Shown in pieces: positions 36,462 through 48,053 of a stretch of DNA of 64,000 bases. The notes below the pieces were generated by a model that was not told the DNA's origin, ran no database searches, and saw only the letters and a list, made by a program, of their open reading frames with translations. Position 1 is the stretch's first letter. Each line of letters begins with the position of its first letter. Origin of the DNA: Sandaracinaceae bacterium (lineage in GTDB: Bacteria > Myxococcota_A > Polyangia > Polyangiales > Sandaracinaceae); contig JAHBWG010000047.1 of NCBI GenBank assembly GCA_019637095.1, forward strand, positions 6,855-70,854. Direction: 5' to 3'. The translations under genes and the position numbers were made by a program.

Positions 36462-36475
36462 ACTGACGTGTCAGT
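36462..36475. promoter_or_regulatory. 14-bp perfect palindrome upstream of the lipid operon (candidate TetR operator)
   Basis: ACTGACGTGTCAGT lies about 40 bp 5' of the HAD-like gene start codon (36423). It sits in the only AT-richer stretch of the 96-bp intergenic region (TTAGACTGACGTGTCAGTTCTTTTT). Confidence 0.3.
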
Positions 36476-36519
36476 TCTTTTTGGGCGTCCGTCCGGTCAC
36501 GAAAGCCGTGTTCCGCGGA

Positions 36520-37104
36520 TCAGCGCCGGATCACGACGCGGCCGCCTCGCGCGTCGCGCCGGTCGTCGCGGCGCGCGTCCCGCATGTCGCGGCGCATGTC
36601 CCGGCGATCCCGGCGGTCGTCGCGGCGCTCCTGCCGGATCTCGCGTCGGACCTCGCGGTGCTCGCGGCGCAGGTCGCGCCGGTCGACGACGCGGACCGGC
36701 GGCCCGGGCGCGACGGGGGCGACGTACGCGCGCGGGGCGCGGCGGCCGCGCGGGAACCGATCGATGACCACGGTCCGCCGATCCGGGCGGGCGTAGCCGC
36801 CGTCGTAGTAGACCCAGCGGCCGTTCTCCTGCACCCAGCGGGGCGCGACGACGACGTAGCCGGGCCGCTCCTCGATCCAGTAGCCCTCGACCCACGTCCA
36901 GCGGTTGCGGCGTCGATCCCAATCCCAGTAGCCGTCGACCCAGGTGTAGTTGGCCGCGGGCGGGGCCGGGCGCTGCACGACGACGCGCGGCCGCGGCGGC
37001 GCCGGGGCGGTCGGGGGGACGATGGTGACGGTGACCTGCGCGTCGGCTGCCGAAGGGAGCGCGAGCGCGACGAGCAGCGTCGCGGCGAGCAAGTGGGTTC
37101 GCAT
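36520..37104 (-). CDS. secreted YXWGXW/WxxGxW-repeat protein with Arg/Asp-rich tail
   Basis: ATG at 37104 gives the signal MRTHLLAATLLVALALPSAADAQ. Repeats: YTWVDGYWDWDRRRNRWTWVEGYWIEE...PRWVQENGRWVYYDGGY. C-terminal RRDLRREHREVRREIRQERRDDRRDRRDMRRDMRDARRDDRRD. Confidence 0.75.
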   Translation of the reverse strand: MRTHLLAATLLVALALPSAADAQVTVTIVPPTAPAPPRPRVVVQRPAPPAANYTWVDGYWDWDRRRNRWTWVEGYWIEERPGYVVVAPRWVQENGRWVYYDGGYARPDRRTVVIDRFPRGRRAPRAYVAPVAPGPPVRVVDRRDLRREHREVRREIRQERRDDRRDRRDMRRDMRDARRDDRRDARGGRVVIRR

Positions 37105-37419
37105 GATGGAAGCGTACCGCAATGCGCGTTCCGGTCGCGGCCCCTCGGCGCGACGCGGTTGGCACGGGGTGGGCGGGGGTGTGCCGCACACGTGCGCCGC
37201 GAACGCGGGTTCGCGGCGCCGTGACAGGTCGTCGCGCGCCGCGGCGGGCACGTCGCCTCGCAGCATCGCAACGAACGTTGTCGCCCGTCGCGTCCGCGGT
37301 CGCGGGCGCGAGAGAGGTCCGTCGTGGAGCGCGGCACGGGTGAGGGACGGGCGGCGGGGGCGATCGATTCACGGCCGGCGGGCTTCGAAAGCGCCGCGGG
37401 CTTGAGTAAGCTGCCTCGA

Positions 37420-38106
37420 ATGCGTTCCTCCGACCGCGCGCGCGCGATCGTGGCCGCGAGCGCGCTCGTGCTCGGCGGCTGCATGCTCGAGCGCTCCGGG
37501 CTCGGCGACGGGGACGCGGGCCGACTCGACGCGGGTGCCCGCGACGCCGGCACGGGCACGACGGACGCGGGCACGACGGACGCGGGCACGGCCGACGCGG
37601 GCACGGCCGACGCGGGCACGGCCGACGCGGGCACGGCCGACGCGGGCACGGCCGACGCGGGCACGGCCGACGCGGGCACGACGGACGCGGGCACGACGGA
37701 CGCGGGCACGACGGACGCGGGCACGGCCGACGCGGGCACGGCCGACGCAGGCACGGCCGACGCGGGCTTCGACGCGGGCTTCGACGCGGGCTTCGACGCG
37801 GGCTTCGACGCGGGCTTCGACGCGGGCTTCGACGCGGGCTTCGACGCGGGCCCCGACCTCCGCACCTGCACCGCGATCTATGGATCGCTCCGCGGCTACG
37901 CGCTCTGCGTCGAGACGCCGACCGATTGCCAGTTCTACTGGAACCCCACGGGCAGCCAGACGTGCAACACGGCTTGCGGGATGGATCAGTGCATCGGGAG
38001 CTACACGGGCAGCGCCTGCCCGAGCACGCCGCCGTCGCCGCCGCCGACGACCGGCTGCGCGACGGCGCGGAACAACCAGGTCTGCGTCTGCAGGCGCACG
38101 CCGTGA
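37420..38106 (+). CDS. lipoprotein with GT(T/A)DA and GFDA tandem-repeat linker and Cys-rich C-terminal domain
   Basis: ATG at 37420 gives MRSSDRARAIVAASALVLGGC (lipobox). 14 x GT[TA]DA then 7 x GFDA. The C-terminal ~80 aa carries 8 Cys. Confidence 0.8.
   Translation: MRSSDRARAIVAASALVLGGCMLERSGLGDGDAGRLDAGARDAGTGTTDAGTTDAGTADAGTADAGTADAGTADAGTADAGTADAGTTDAGTTDAGTTDAGTADAGTADAGTADAGFDAGFDAGFDAGFDAGFDAGFDAGFDAGPDLRTCTAIYGSLRGYALCVETPTDCQFYWNPTGSQTCNTACGMDQCIGSYTGSACPSTPPSPPPTTGCATARNNQVCVCRRTP
37555..37848 (+). repeat. two abutting near-perfect tandem arrays: 15-bp unit x14, then 12-bp unit x7
   Basis: GGCACG[ACG/GCC]GACGCG repeated 14 times (37555-37764, one GCA variant). GGCTTCGACGCG repeated 7 times (37765-37848). 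Both arrays are in frame inside the lipoprotein CDS. Confidence 0.95.
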
Positions 38107-38333
38107 GCGCCTCGCCCGTCGGCGGGGCCGGCTTGGTCGAGCGCCGCGTCCACGTCCCGGTCGGCGAGGTCGCGTGGGTGCGGTACGTGCTCGAGGCGCA
38201 CGACGGGCTCGCCTTCTTCTACTCGGCCGGCGGCGGCGAGCTCACGCTCGTCGCGCCGGAGGCGCGGGCCCGAGAGCTCGACGACCTGATCGACGACCTC
38301 GCCGCCGAGATCCCGCTCACGCGCGCGGATTGA
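38103..38333 (+). CDS. DUF4911-like small protein (tentative)
   Basis: GTG at 38103 overlaps the upstream stop (GTGA). GEVAWVRYVLEAHDGLAFFYSAGGGELTLVAPEARARELDDLIDDLAAEIPL resembles the DUF4911 pattern (i.fl+.ilEaydGla...), from memory. Confidence 0.5.
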   Translation: MSASPVGGAGLVERRVHVPVGEVAWVRYVLEAHDGLAFFYSAGGGELTLVAPEARARELDDLIDDLAAEIPLTRAD

Positions 38334-38396
38334 TCGACGGTCTCCGAGCTCACGAGGGCCTGACGTCGCGGCGACGTTCGCGTACGTTCGGCCGAG

Positions 38397-39041
38397 ATGT
38401 CGACCCTCGCGCGTGTCGAAGCGATCCTCATCGCCCTGTGCTCGTCCTGGGTCCTCGGGTGCGGCGGCGCCGCCGCGCCGTCCGTCGCGCCGAGCGCGGG
38501 CGGCGAAGAGAGCGCGAGCCGCCTCGGCGCGCTGTGCGCCCGGCTCGCGCTCCTCGAGGTCACGCGCTGCGAGGCGCGTCCTGGCGTCCACGCGCTCGCG
38601 AGCGGCGGTGAGGCGTGGGTGCTCGAGGTCGATGGGCTCGAGAACCTCGCGGACGAGGACGACGAGGAGGAGCCCGGGAGGGTCTCGTACGCCTACCTCG
38701 TCGTGGGTCCCCGCGCGGCCCCCGAGCTCCGTCCCTTCGCACGCGCCGGCTACGACGACCACGGCGGGCAAGAGTGGGGAGAGTTCCGGCTCGGCGCGGT
38801 GCGGGTCGAGGGCGACACGGTCACGATCGAGGTGACGTGGATGGACGCGGTGCCCGCCTGCCCCGGCTGCGAGCCGGGGGAGGACGGCTTCGGCGAGGTC
38901 TCGCGGACCGAGCACCCGGGTCGCGTGACGTGCGCGCCGCGCGCGCCCGCCGAGCCGGGCGCCGAGGAGGACGAGCCCGACGACGACCGGCCGCGCGACG
39001 AGGGCGCGTTGGTGTGCGCGGAGACGTCCAACGATCCGTGA
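38397..39041 (+). CDS. lipoprotein, function unknown
   Basis: Signal plus lipobox (ILIALCSSWVLGC). Non-repetitive body with several Cys. Acidic tail. Confidence 0.7.
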   Translation: MSTLARVEAILIALCSSWVLGCGGAAAPSVAPSAGGEESASRLGALCARLALLEVTRCEARPGVHALASGGEAWVLEVDGLENLADEDDEEEPGRVSYAYLVVGPRAAPELRPFARAGYDDHGGQEWGEFRLGAVRVEGDTVTIEVTWMDAVPACPGCEPGEDGFGEVSRTEHPGRVTCAPRAPAEPGAEEDEPDDDRPRDEGALVCAETSNDP

Positions 39042-39057
39042 GCGCTCCGCTCCGCCC

Positions 39058-41442
<2,385 letters not shown>

Positions 41443-41599
41443 GGCGCATCTCCTTCTCGTGCACGCACGAGTGAATCGCCACGATGCCTACGCTCTCGAG
41501 TGGAGGGAGGGAAGCGCCGTGGGGGACTGCCGAATTGGTAAATCCTCGTTCGGCCCCGTCAACCCACCTTGGCACGCGACGCGCTCGACGTGGGACGGC

Positions 41600-42643
41600 T
41601 CAGCGGTCGGAGCCGGCGAACTTCTGGGTCCAGTAGGGCTCGCCTCCGTCGGAGCGCGCGAGGCCGACGCCGAGGAAGTGGTAGCGCGGGCTCATGATGT
41701 TCTGGCAGTGCCCCACGCTCGACATCCACGCGGCGACGACCTCCTCGGCGGTCGGCTGCCCGCGCGCGATGTTCTCGCCGATGAAGGAGCCGCGGAAGCC
41801 CACCTCGCGCACGCGCTCGCCGGGCCCGCGGCCCTCCGGGTCGGTGTGATCGAAGAAGCCCTGCGTCGCCATGTTCGTGCTGTGGAGGCGCGCCGCGAGG
41901 CGCAGGATCGGCTCCATCGTCAGCGGCTCGGCGGGCTCGTAGCGCTCGGTGCCGCACGTCGCGCCCATCGCGCGCATGCGGTTGGTCTCCTCGAGGACGC
42001 CCCACTCGTCGGCGGTCAGCGAGGCGGGCCAGTCGTCGCGCGGGTCCGCGCAGCGGGCGGTGAAGCAGTCCGGGTCGTCGCAGTCGACGAGGCCGTCCTG
42101 GTCGTCGTCGATCCCGTCGTCGCACGAGGTCTCGAAGCCGCCGATGCTGAGCACGTAGTCGCCGACCGCGTCCACGTTCGCGCCCTCGATCACGAGCGTC
42201 ACCGTCTGGCACTCCGCGAGGTTCGCGATGATCTCCGAGTGCCGCACGCCGTCGTCGACGTCATCCGAGCACGCGAGCTCGCGGCCCGCGCAGCTGCCTT
42301 GCCGGAGCGACAGGACGGTGTCGAAGCCCGAGCCCTCCGTGGTGAACCGGAAGCGCCCTGTCCACGGCGCGGTCCAGCGGTACGCCGCGTCCTCGATCGT
42401 CACGCCGCCCCCGCGCGTGCAGCTCGTGTTGGTGTAGCGGTCGCGGTTGCCCACGGTGCTGCCGCGCACCTGGAGCGGGTAGGTGCCGCCGACGTCCGTC
42501 GCGCAGTCGACCGCGTCGCGCGCCGGGCAGTGCGTCGCCCGATCGATCATCGGCAGATCGGGGAACGGCAGATCCCGCTGCTCGCACCCGGCGAGCAACG
42601 ACAGCGAGGCGAGCAGCAAGCGGCGCACGGTGAGCAAGCCCAA
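41600..42643 (-). CDS. CAP/SCP (PR-1-like) domain lipoprotein
   Basis: Lipobox LSLLAGC. C-terminal CAP domain features: NRMRAMG...LHSTNMATQGFFDHTDP...GENIARG...VVAAWMSSVGHCQNIMSPRYHFLGVG. The N-terminal region is a Cys-rich module. Confidence 0.85.
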   Translation of the reverse strand: MGLLTVRRLLLASLSLLAGCEQRDLPFPDLPMIDRATHCPARDAVDCATDVGGTYPLQVRGSTVGNRDRYTNTSCTRGGGVTIEDAAYRWTAPWTGRFRFTTEGSGFDTVLSLRQGSCAGRELACSDDVDDGVRHSEIIANLAECQTVTLVIEGANVDAVGDYVLSIGGFETSCDDGIDDDQDGLVDCDDPDCFTARCADPRDDWPASLTADEWGVLEETNRMRAMGATCGTERYEPAEPLTMEPILRLAARLHSTNMATQGFFDHTDPEGRGPGERVREVGFRGSFIGENIARGQPTAEEVVAAWMSSVGHCQNIMSPRYHFLGVGLARSDGGEPYWTQKFAGSDR

Positions 42644-42783
42644 CCTTAGGCAGCGAGGGCGACCGAAGGCAAGGCGCGGCCGCCCCGCGCACGCAGGCCG
42701 CCTCCGAGTGGCCTACGGTATCCGTCGGGTCTATGGTTTGGCGAGGCTGGGCAAACGATGCGTGACCGCGTCGCGAGGCAACG

Positions 42784-44601
42784 ATGAGGCAACCTTTCTT
42801 GCTCACTCCCGCCGTCATCGGCGGCCTGCTGGTCTGCGGCTGTTCCCTGCTCCTGCGAGAGACGACCTTCCTCGACGGCGCCGACGCGGGGGCGATGGAC
42901 GCATCCGTTGATGCCGAGGTGGTCGAGGACGCTGCGGGATCCGGCGACGCGGACGTCCCCGACGGGGCAGCGCGGCTCGATGGGGGCGAGGGCCTCCACG
43001 CGCCCCTGGCCCGGTTTCCCTGGAACGGCTACGCGACCGGGAGCTTGGTCGCGCTCCGGCCGCGCCTCGTGTGGGATGCGGTCGCGGAGGCGGACCACTA
43101 CCAGGTCCAGATGGACGATTCCTGCGAAGTCCGCGAGTTCCGTGCATGTGGGTTCGAGACGCCGGAGATCGACGAGATGGTCACAGCGCCCTCGTTCACG
43201 CCGCGGGCGCCACTCACGGTGTCGGGGCTGCCGCCCGTCGGCCGTCGGTACACGTGGCGAGTCCGCGCCTGCCGCGCCGGAGGAGAGTGTTCCGACTGGA
43301 CCGAGCCACGCTACTTGCGCGTCGGCCAGAGCGATGACGACTTCGATGGGGATGGCCGCGGCGACGTCCTGATCGGCACCCGGCTGAGCCGTGTGTTCGC
43401 GTACCATGGGCCTCTGGAGTCGGAGCCAGCGCCCCAGACGACGCTGGCCTTCCCGGGCCCCGCGACGGGTCGTTCGGGGTACGCGAGCGTCGCCAAGGCT
43501 GGTGACGTCAACGGCGATGGCTACGCGGACGCCCTCATCGGCATTCCGGACACGAGCAACCCGGAGCTCCGAGAGGGGAACGCCTACCTCTACCTCGGGG
43601 GGCCGGACGGCCTCTCTGACACACCTTCGGTGACGTTCGATAACCCCTTGAACCGCGTGAACGGGTGGTTCGGGGGGACCGTGCGCGGTGTGGGCGACTT
43701 CGACGGCGACGGCTACGGGGACGTCGCGATCGCGGCCAGCGGGCAGGACGCGGTCTACGTCTACCTCGGAGGACCGGCCGGTCCCGCGGCGACGTCGAGC
43801 TTCACTCTCGCCGGTGCGGCCGCTTCCGGCTTCGGACAGACCCTCGGCGCGCCTGGCGATACCGACGGCGACGGATACGTCGATCTCCTGGTCACCGAGT
43901 TCGTCGACCTCGGGGGGGGCGGTACCGTCGACGATGTCGGTCGCGTCCACGTCTTTTCCGGCGGAACGAGCCCGAGCGAACTGGCGACTCGGGTACTGAC
44001 GAGTCCAGAGATGCCCCCAGCGCGTCTTGGCGGATCGCTCATGGTTCGCGCCGCGGACTTCGATCGTGACGGGTTTGCCGACGCGGTGGTGGGCACTTCG
44101 GTCGCGCCGGGTCCGAGTGGGAGCCACGAGGGGCGTGTGTTCGTGTTCCCGGGGAGCCGGTCGGGACTGGGCGATCGCGCCCCCATCGTCCTTCACAGCC
44201 CGATCTCACAGGCGTGGGGCTTCTTCTTCGTGACAGGCGTTGGAGACCTCGATGCCGATGGGCACTCGGATCTCGTGGTCGGCGCGCCGTTGCAGAATGG
44301 GGACGGTGGAACGACGCAGCGAGTCGGGAACGCCTTTCGCTATCTGGGGAGTCCAGCCGGGTTGAGTGCCGCGATGCGGGTCGTGCAGACACCCACGTCC
44401 GAGAACGGTTCGTTCGGCAGCGTAATCTCCGTCGTCGACATCGACGGTAGCGGCTCCGCCCACGCTCTCATCGCCGCGCCGGGAGTGGAGCGCGGTGGCG
44501 TCTACGGTTACCCCTCCGGAGATCCGACGTCACCGCCCCGCTTCGTCCTCACCAGCCCGATCGCGGACGACGCGGCGAGCTTCGGCACGTCCATGGAGTG
44601 A
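42784..44601 (+). CDS. FG-GAP/VCBS repeat (integrin-alpha-like) lipoprotein
   Basis: Lipobox LLVCGC. At least six Ca-binding-type repeats: DFDGDGRGDVLIG, GDVNGDGYADALIG, GDFDGDGYGDVAIA, GDTDGDGYVDLLV, ADFDRDGFADAVVG, GDLDADGHSDLVVG. Confidence 0.88.
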   Translation: MRQPFLLTPAVIGGLLVCGCSLLLRETTFLDGADAGAMDASVDAEVVEDAAGSGDADVPDGAARLDGGEGLHAPLARFPWNGYATGSLVALRPRLVWDAVAEADHYQVQMDDSCEVREFRACGFETPEIDEMVTAPSFTPRAPLTVSGLPPVGRRYTWRVRACRAGGECSDWTEPRYLRVGQSDDDFDGDGRGDVLIGTRLSRVFAYHGPLESEPAPQTTLAFPGPATGRSGYASVAKAGDVNGDGYADALIGIPDTSNPELREGNAYLYLGGPDGLSDTPSVTFDNPLNRVNGWFGGTVRGVGDFDGDGYGDVAIAASGQDAVYVYLGGPAGPAATSSFTLAGAAASGFGQTLGAPGDTDGDGYVDLLVTEFVDLGGGGTVDDVGRVHVFSGGTSPSELATRVLTSPEMPPARLGGSLMVRAADFDRDGFADAVVGTSVAPGPSGSHEGRVFVFPGSRSGLGDRAPIVLHSPISQAWGFFFVTGVGDLDADGHSDLVVGAPLQNGDGGTTQRVGNAFRYLGSPAGLSAAMRVVQTPTSENGSFGSVISVVDIDGSGSAHALIAAPGVERGGVYGYPSGDPTSPPRFVLTSPIADDAASFGTSME

Positions 44602-44889
44602 GCGCGCGGACGCGCGCGCGGCGACTCGCTTCAAAGTGCACCGCACCGCTGCGCCAGCGTGCTTGCGATGCGGTCGAAGGTGCCCTCCGTCGTTCGGCAT
44701 GGTCGGCGTGCGGGCTGGGCGACAACAGGCTTCGGTGCCGCACGAAGCCACGAACGTAGATGACGTCGGCGAGGGACTTGCGAAGGTGACGGGAGTGTAA
44801 ACCACGATCACCCCCCGAGCCAATGCGCTCTACCTCGATGTCGAAGGCCCATGTTCCTCCCGCGCCGCGGCGCGCAACCGCGGCGAGCG

Positions 44890-45732
44890 TCACTCGCGGG
44901 GAAGGACGCCGCTCGCCCGCAGGAAGCGCTCGATGCGGGGCCAGTAGTCGCTCTCGGGCGGGGGCAGGTCGTTGTGGCCGCAGTCGTAGAGGACGAGCTC
45001 CGCGCGCGGGTGCGAGGCGGCGAGGCGGCGGCCGTGCGCGGTCGGGATCACCTCGTCGCGCGTCCCGTGCATCACGAGCACCGGCCCGTCGTAGCGGCCG
45101 AGCCGCTCGAGCAGCGGGAACGGGTCCGCGATCACGAAGCCGGGGACGCCCATCCCGCGGGCGACGTCGGTGACGCTCGTGAAGGTGCTCTCGAGGATCA
45201 GCGCGCGCGGCGGGTGCGCGTCGAGCAGGGTGCCGACGGCGCCGCCGCCGAGGCTCCGGCCGTGGTAGACGAGCCGCGCCGCGTCGACCCGCGGGTCTCG
45301 GACGACGAGCGCGTGCGCCGCCGCGAGGTCCGCGGCGATGCGCGCCTCGCTCGGGTCGCCCGCGCTGCGCCCGTACCCGCGGTACTCGGGGAGCACCACG
45401 CTCAGCCCGAGCCGGCGGTAGGGCGCGAGCGCGGCGGGCCAGTGATCGATGAGCTCGCCGTTGCCGTGCGTGAACACGACGGCGGGGCCCGGCGCGTCGC
45501 GCGTGACGCCGTCGCCGGGGAGGAACCAGAGCTCGACGGGGCCCTGATCGCTCTCGATCCAGCGCACCTCGAGCCCAGGGGTCGCCCGCGCGCGCGGGTC
45601 CTCCATGGTGAAGCGGCGCGGGAAGAGCATCGAACGTTGGAGCCAGACGACGCCGAGCACGAGCGCCAAGATGCCCGCGAGCGCGACGAGCGTCGAGCGC
45701 AGCCGACGTGCGCCTCTCGCCTCCTCGCTCAC
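44890..45732 (-). CDS. alpha/beta hydrolase
   Basis: GTG at 45732 (GTGA overlap with the upstream gene stop). N-terminal TM anchor. Nucleophile elbow GRSLGG. C-terminal HGTRDEVIP and CGHND. Confidence 0.8.
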   Translation of the reverse strand: MSEEARGARRLRSTLVALAGILALVLGVVWLQRSMLFPRRFTMEDPRARATPGLEVRWIESDQGPVELWFLPGDGVTRDAPGPAVVFTHGNGELIDHWPAALAPYRRLGLSVVLPEYRGYGRSAGDPSEARIAADLAAAHALVVRDPRVDAARLVYHGRSLGGGAVGTLLDAHPPRALILESTFTSVTDVARGMGVPGFVIADPFPLLERLGRYDGPVLVMHGTRDEVIPTAHGRRLAASHPRAELVLYDCGHNDLPPPESDYWPRIERFLRASGVLPRE

Positions 45733-46604
45733 GCGCGCTCCGCGCGCGCGCGGATCCACGCGGCGGCGCGCTCCCACAGCCCGCGGCTGCGCGGATCGGT
45801 GACGAACCCCATGTGATCGGGCGCGCCTTCGCCGCGCAGGCGGACGTGCTCGACGCGGCTCGCGGTCATGTGCGCGGCGAAGCGCTCGACGGACGCGGGG
45901 TGCGCGAACAGGCGGTCGCCCTCGCTCGAGAAGGCGAGCACGTCGAGCCGCGCGCGGGCCATGGCGGCCTGGTAGTCGTCGCCTCCGCCTGCAAGCCGTC
46001 TTGCGTTCCACATGTCGCGGAACTGGCGGACGTAGGGCTCGGCCTCGGAGGCCGGGCCCATGCCGAGGGCGGGCGCGTCGAAGAAGCCGCGGGCGCGGCT
46101 GACCGCGTGCCAGCTCGCGAGGGTGAGCGCCTTGACGGCGCGGCGCGCGCGCGACGGCTCGAGCTCGGGGGCCCAGAGGTTGGGCGCGAACGCGACGATG
46201 GCGTCGGGCGCGCGGTCGGGGACGAGGCCGGCGGCGATCATGCTCGCGTGGCCGATCAGGCTGTGGCCGACGATCACGACGGGGCGGCCCGCGGCGATCG
46301 CGCGGCCGTGCGCGACGAGCGCGGGGACGTCGTAGCGGACGACGTCGTCGTAGCTCCAGCGCGCGCCCTCGTCGGCGCGCGGACCGCTCTCTCCGTGGCC
46401 GCGCGCGTCGAGCCAGCTCACGTCGATGCCGGCGCGGTGGAGCGTGCTCGCGAGCCCGGCGCCCGCGGGCCGATCGAGCGTGCGGCGATCCACCATCATG
46501 GCGTGGCCGAGCACCGCGACGACGGGAGCGCGCGCGTCTACGAGACGCTCGCCGCGGAGCGTCCAGCCGTCGTCGGTCCGGAGGGTGACGGGCTCCGTCT
46601 TCAC
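45729..46604 (-). CDS. alpha/beta hydrolase
   Basis: Only the last ~291 codons of track ORF 45729..47600 look real. VAVLGHAMM, nucleophile elbow GHSLIGH, C-terminal PDHMGF. The start (GTG 46604) is uncertain. Confidence 0.72.
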   Translation of the reverse strand: MKTEPVTLRTDDGWTLRGERLVDARAPVVAVLGHAMMVDRRTLDRPAGAGLASTLHRAGIDVSWLDARGHGESGPRADEGARWSYDDVVRYDVPALVAHGRAIAAGRPVVIVGHSLIGHASMIAAGLVPDRAPDAIVAFAPNLWAPELEPSRARRAVKALTLASWHAVSRARGFFDAPALGMGPASEAEPYVRQFRDMWNARRLAGGGDDYQAAMARARLDVLAFSSEGDRLFAHPASVERFAAHMTASRVEHVRLRGEGAPDHMGFVTDPRSRGLWERAAAWIRARAERA

Positions 46605-46691
46605 GCCCGCGAGGATGCGCGATCTCGCGCGCTCCGCTACTCGACGCCGACGGACTCGACGCGCGCGCCGTCCGACCCCATCGTCGCCGCC

Positions 46692-47471
46692 ATGCGCCGG
46701 CTGCCGCTGTTCGAGATCGAGGACCAACCGTGGTGCCCCGCGGCCGTCCGCGACGGGGCCACCGACTGGCTCGCGTTCCTCGGCAACGCGACCGAGGCGT
46801 TCGTGCCGGTCGTGCCCAAGATCACCGCCGCGATGGAGGCGGCGGGCACCCACGACGTGCTCGATCTCTGCTCCGGCGCGGGCGGGCCCTGGCTCTCGGT
46901 CGCGCCCGCCCTCGACGCGGCGCGCCCCGGCGTGCGCGTCGAGCTGAGCGACCGGTTCCCGAACCTGCCCGCGCTCGCGCACGTGCGGGACCGCTCGGGG
47001 GGCCGCGTGGGGTTCCGCGCCGAGCCGGTCGACGCGACCGACGTACCCGAGGCGCTCGGCGGCGTGCGCACGATGTTCAACTGCTTCCACCACTTCCCGC
47101 CCGAGGCCGCGCGCGCCGTGTTCGCGGACGCCGTCGCCAAGCGGCGCGCGATCGCGATCTTCGAGGGCTGCGACCATCGCGCGCTCGGCATCCTCGGCGT
47201 GGCGGCGCAGCTCCCGCTCATCCTGGCGCTGACGCCGCTCGTCAGGCCGATCGAGGTGTCGCGCCTCGTCCTGACCTACGCCCTGCCGCTGATCCCCGCG
47301 CTCGTGCTGTTCGACGGGACCGCCTCGATGCTCCGGCTGTACATGCAAGACGAGCTGCGGGCGATGATCGCGACGCTCGACGACCACGCCTCGTTCCGCT
47401 GGGACGTGGGCACGACGCGCATCCCGCGCGCGCCCGTCGCGATCACGCACCTGGTCGGGACGCCGCGCTGA
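46692..47471 (+). CDS. class I SAM-dependent methyltransferase-like protein with C-terminal TM segments
   Basis: ATG at 46692 is in frame with track ORF 45708..47471. Motif I-like HDVLDLCSGAGGPW. Hydrophobic helices near the C-terminus. Confidence 0.68.
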   Translation: MRRLPLFEIEDQPWCPAAVRDGATDWLAFLGNATEAFVPVVPKITAAMEAAGTHDVLDLCSGAGGPWLSVAPALDAARPGVRVELSDRFPNLPALAHVRDRSGGRVGFRAEPVDATDVPEALGGVRTMFNCFHHFPPEAARAVFADAVAKRRAIAIFEGCDHRALGILGVAAQLPLILALTPLVRPIEVSRLVLTYALPLIPALVLFDGTASMLRLYMQDELRAMIATLDDHASFRWDVGTTRIPRAPVAITHLVGTPR

Positions 47472-47630
47472 TCCGGCGCCCGGCGCGGAGCGGGAAGCGC
47501 GCCGTGAGCCGAGCGCGGTCGCGCGTCGTCTCCTCGACCTCACCGGTGCGCATGCGGGCTCGAGGATCCCGCGTGGGAGTCGCGTCGACGTGGGGCGCAC
47601 ACGATCGGAGGCCGAACGCCGAGGCGGGTC

Positions 47631-48053
47631 TCAGGCGAAGGGGTTCTGGATGCTCACGCCGTCGATCGTCGCGCCGGTGTTCAAGTCCTCGCTCAGGAGA
47701 ACGTCGCAGCCGGCCGAGACCGCCGCGCGCACGATCAGCGCGTCCCAGAAGGAGATCGAGCGACGCTGGACGTCCCCGATGGCCTCCAGCACCATCGGCA
47801 CGTCGATCTGCACGACCACGAAGGCGCTCGCATCACGCACGGCGCGCTCGGCGATGTCCGGAGTCGCGATCGGCGCCGCCCCACGGGTGAGGGCGACGTA
47901 GAGCTCTTGCATCACTTGGGTGCTCACCACGATCTGCGAACTGGCGAGCTGCTCGGTGAGGACGTGAGTTGCCAGCTTCTGCTTTTTCGGCTCGGCGTCG
48001 TCGAACACGTACACCAGCACGTTCGTGTCGACGAAGACTCGCTCACCGCTCAT
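47631..48053 (-). CDS. vapC: PIN-domain toxin (VapC family)
   Basis: ATG at 48053. VFVDTNVLVY N-terminal acidic motif and distal SFWDALI...LLSEDL, typical of PIN domains. Overlaps the antitoxin gene by 11 nt. Confidence 0.88.
   Translation of the reverse strand: MSGERVFVDTNVLVYVFDDAEPKKQKLATHVLTEQLASSQIVVSTQVMQELYVALTRGAAPIATPDIAERAVRDASAFVVVQIDVPMVLEAIGDVQRRSISFWDALIVRAAVSAGCDVLLSEDLNTGATIDGVSIQNPFA

Noticed and set aside
36455-36481. Rho-independent terminator (hairpin plus T-run on the plus strand)
   Set aside because: No plus-strand gene ends upstream of it, and the stem is only 6 bp. On the minus strand the U-run would precede the hairpin. Its position in front of the operon fits an operator better.
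37555-37848. Possible CRISPR array
   Set aside because: The units are 12-15 bp and directly abutting, with no spacers. They are in frame within a CDS and no cas genes are nearby.
36531-37871. 446-aa minus-strand ORF with PASK and VPAS repeats
   Set aside because: The repeats are simply the antisense translation of the 15-bp and 12-bp tandem arrays. The plus-strand frame gives a lipoprotein with a proper lipobox and a Cys-rich domain.
44602-44889. 290-bp convergent intergenic gap with ORFs 44549..44893 (-) and 44530..44823 (-), considered as an IS or transposase remnant or a tRNA
   Set aside because: I could not recognise any transposase motif, terminal inverted repeat or cloverleaf-compatible sequence. 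The translations are Arg/Ser-rich. I leave it as unexplained non-coding DNA.
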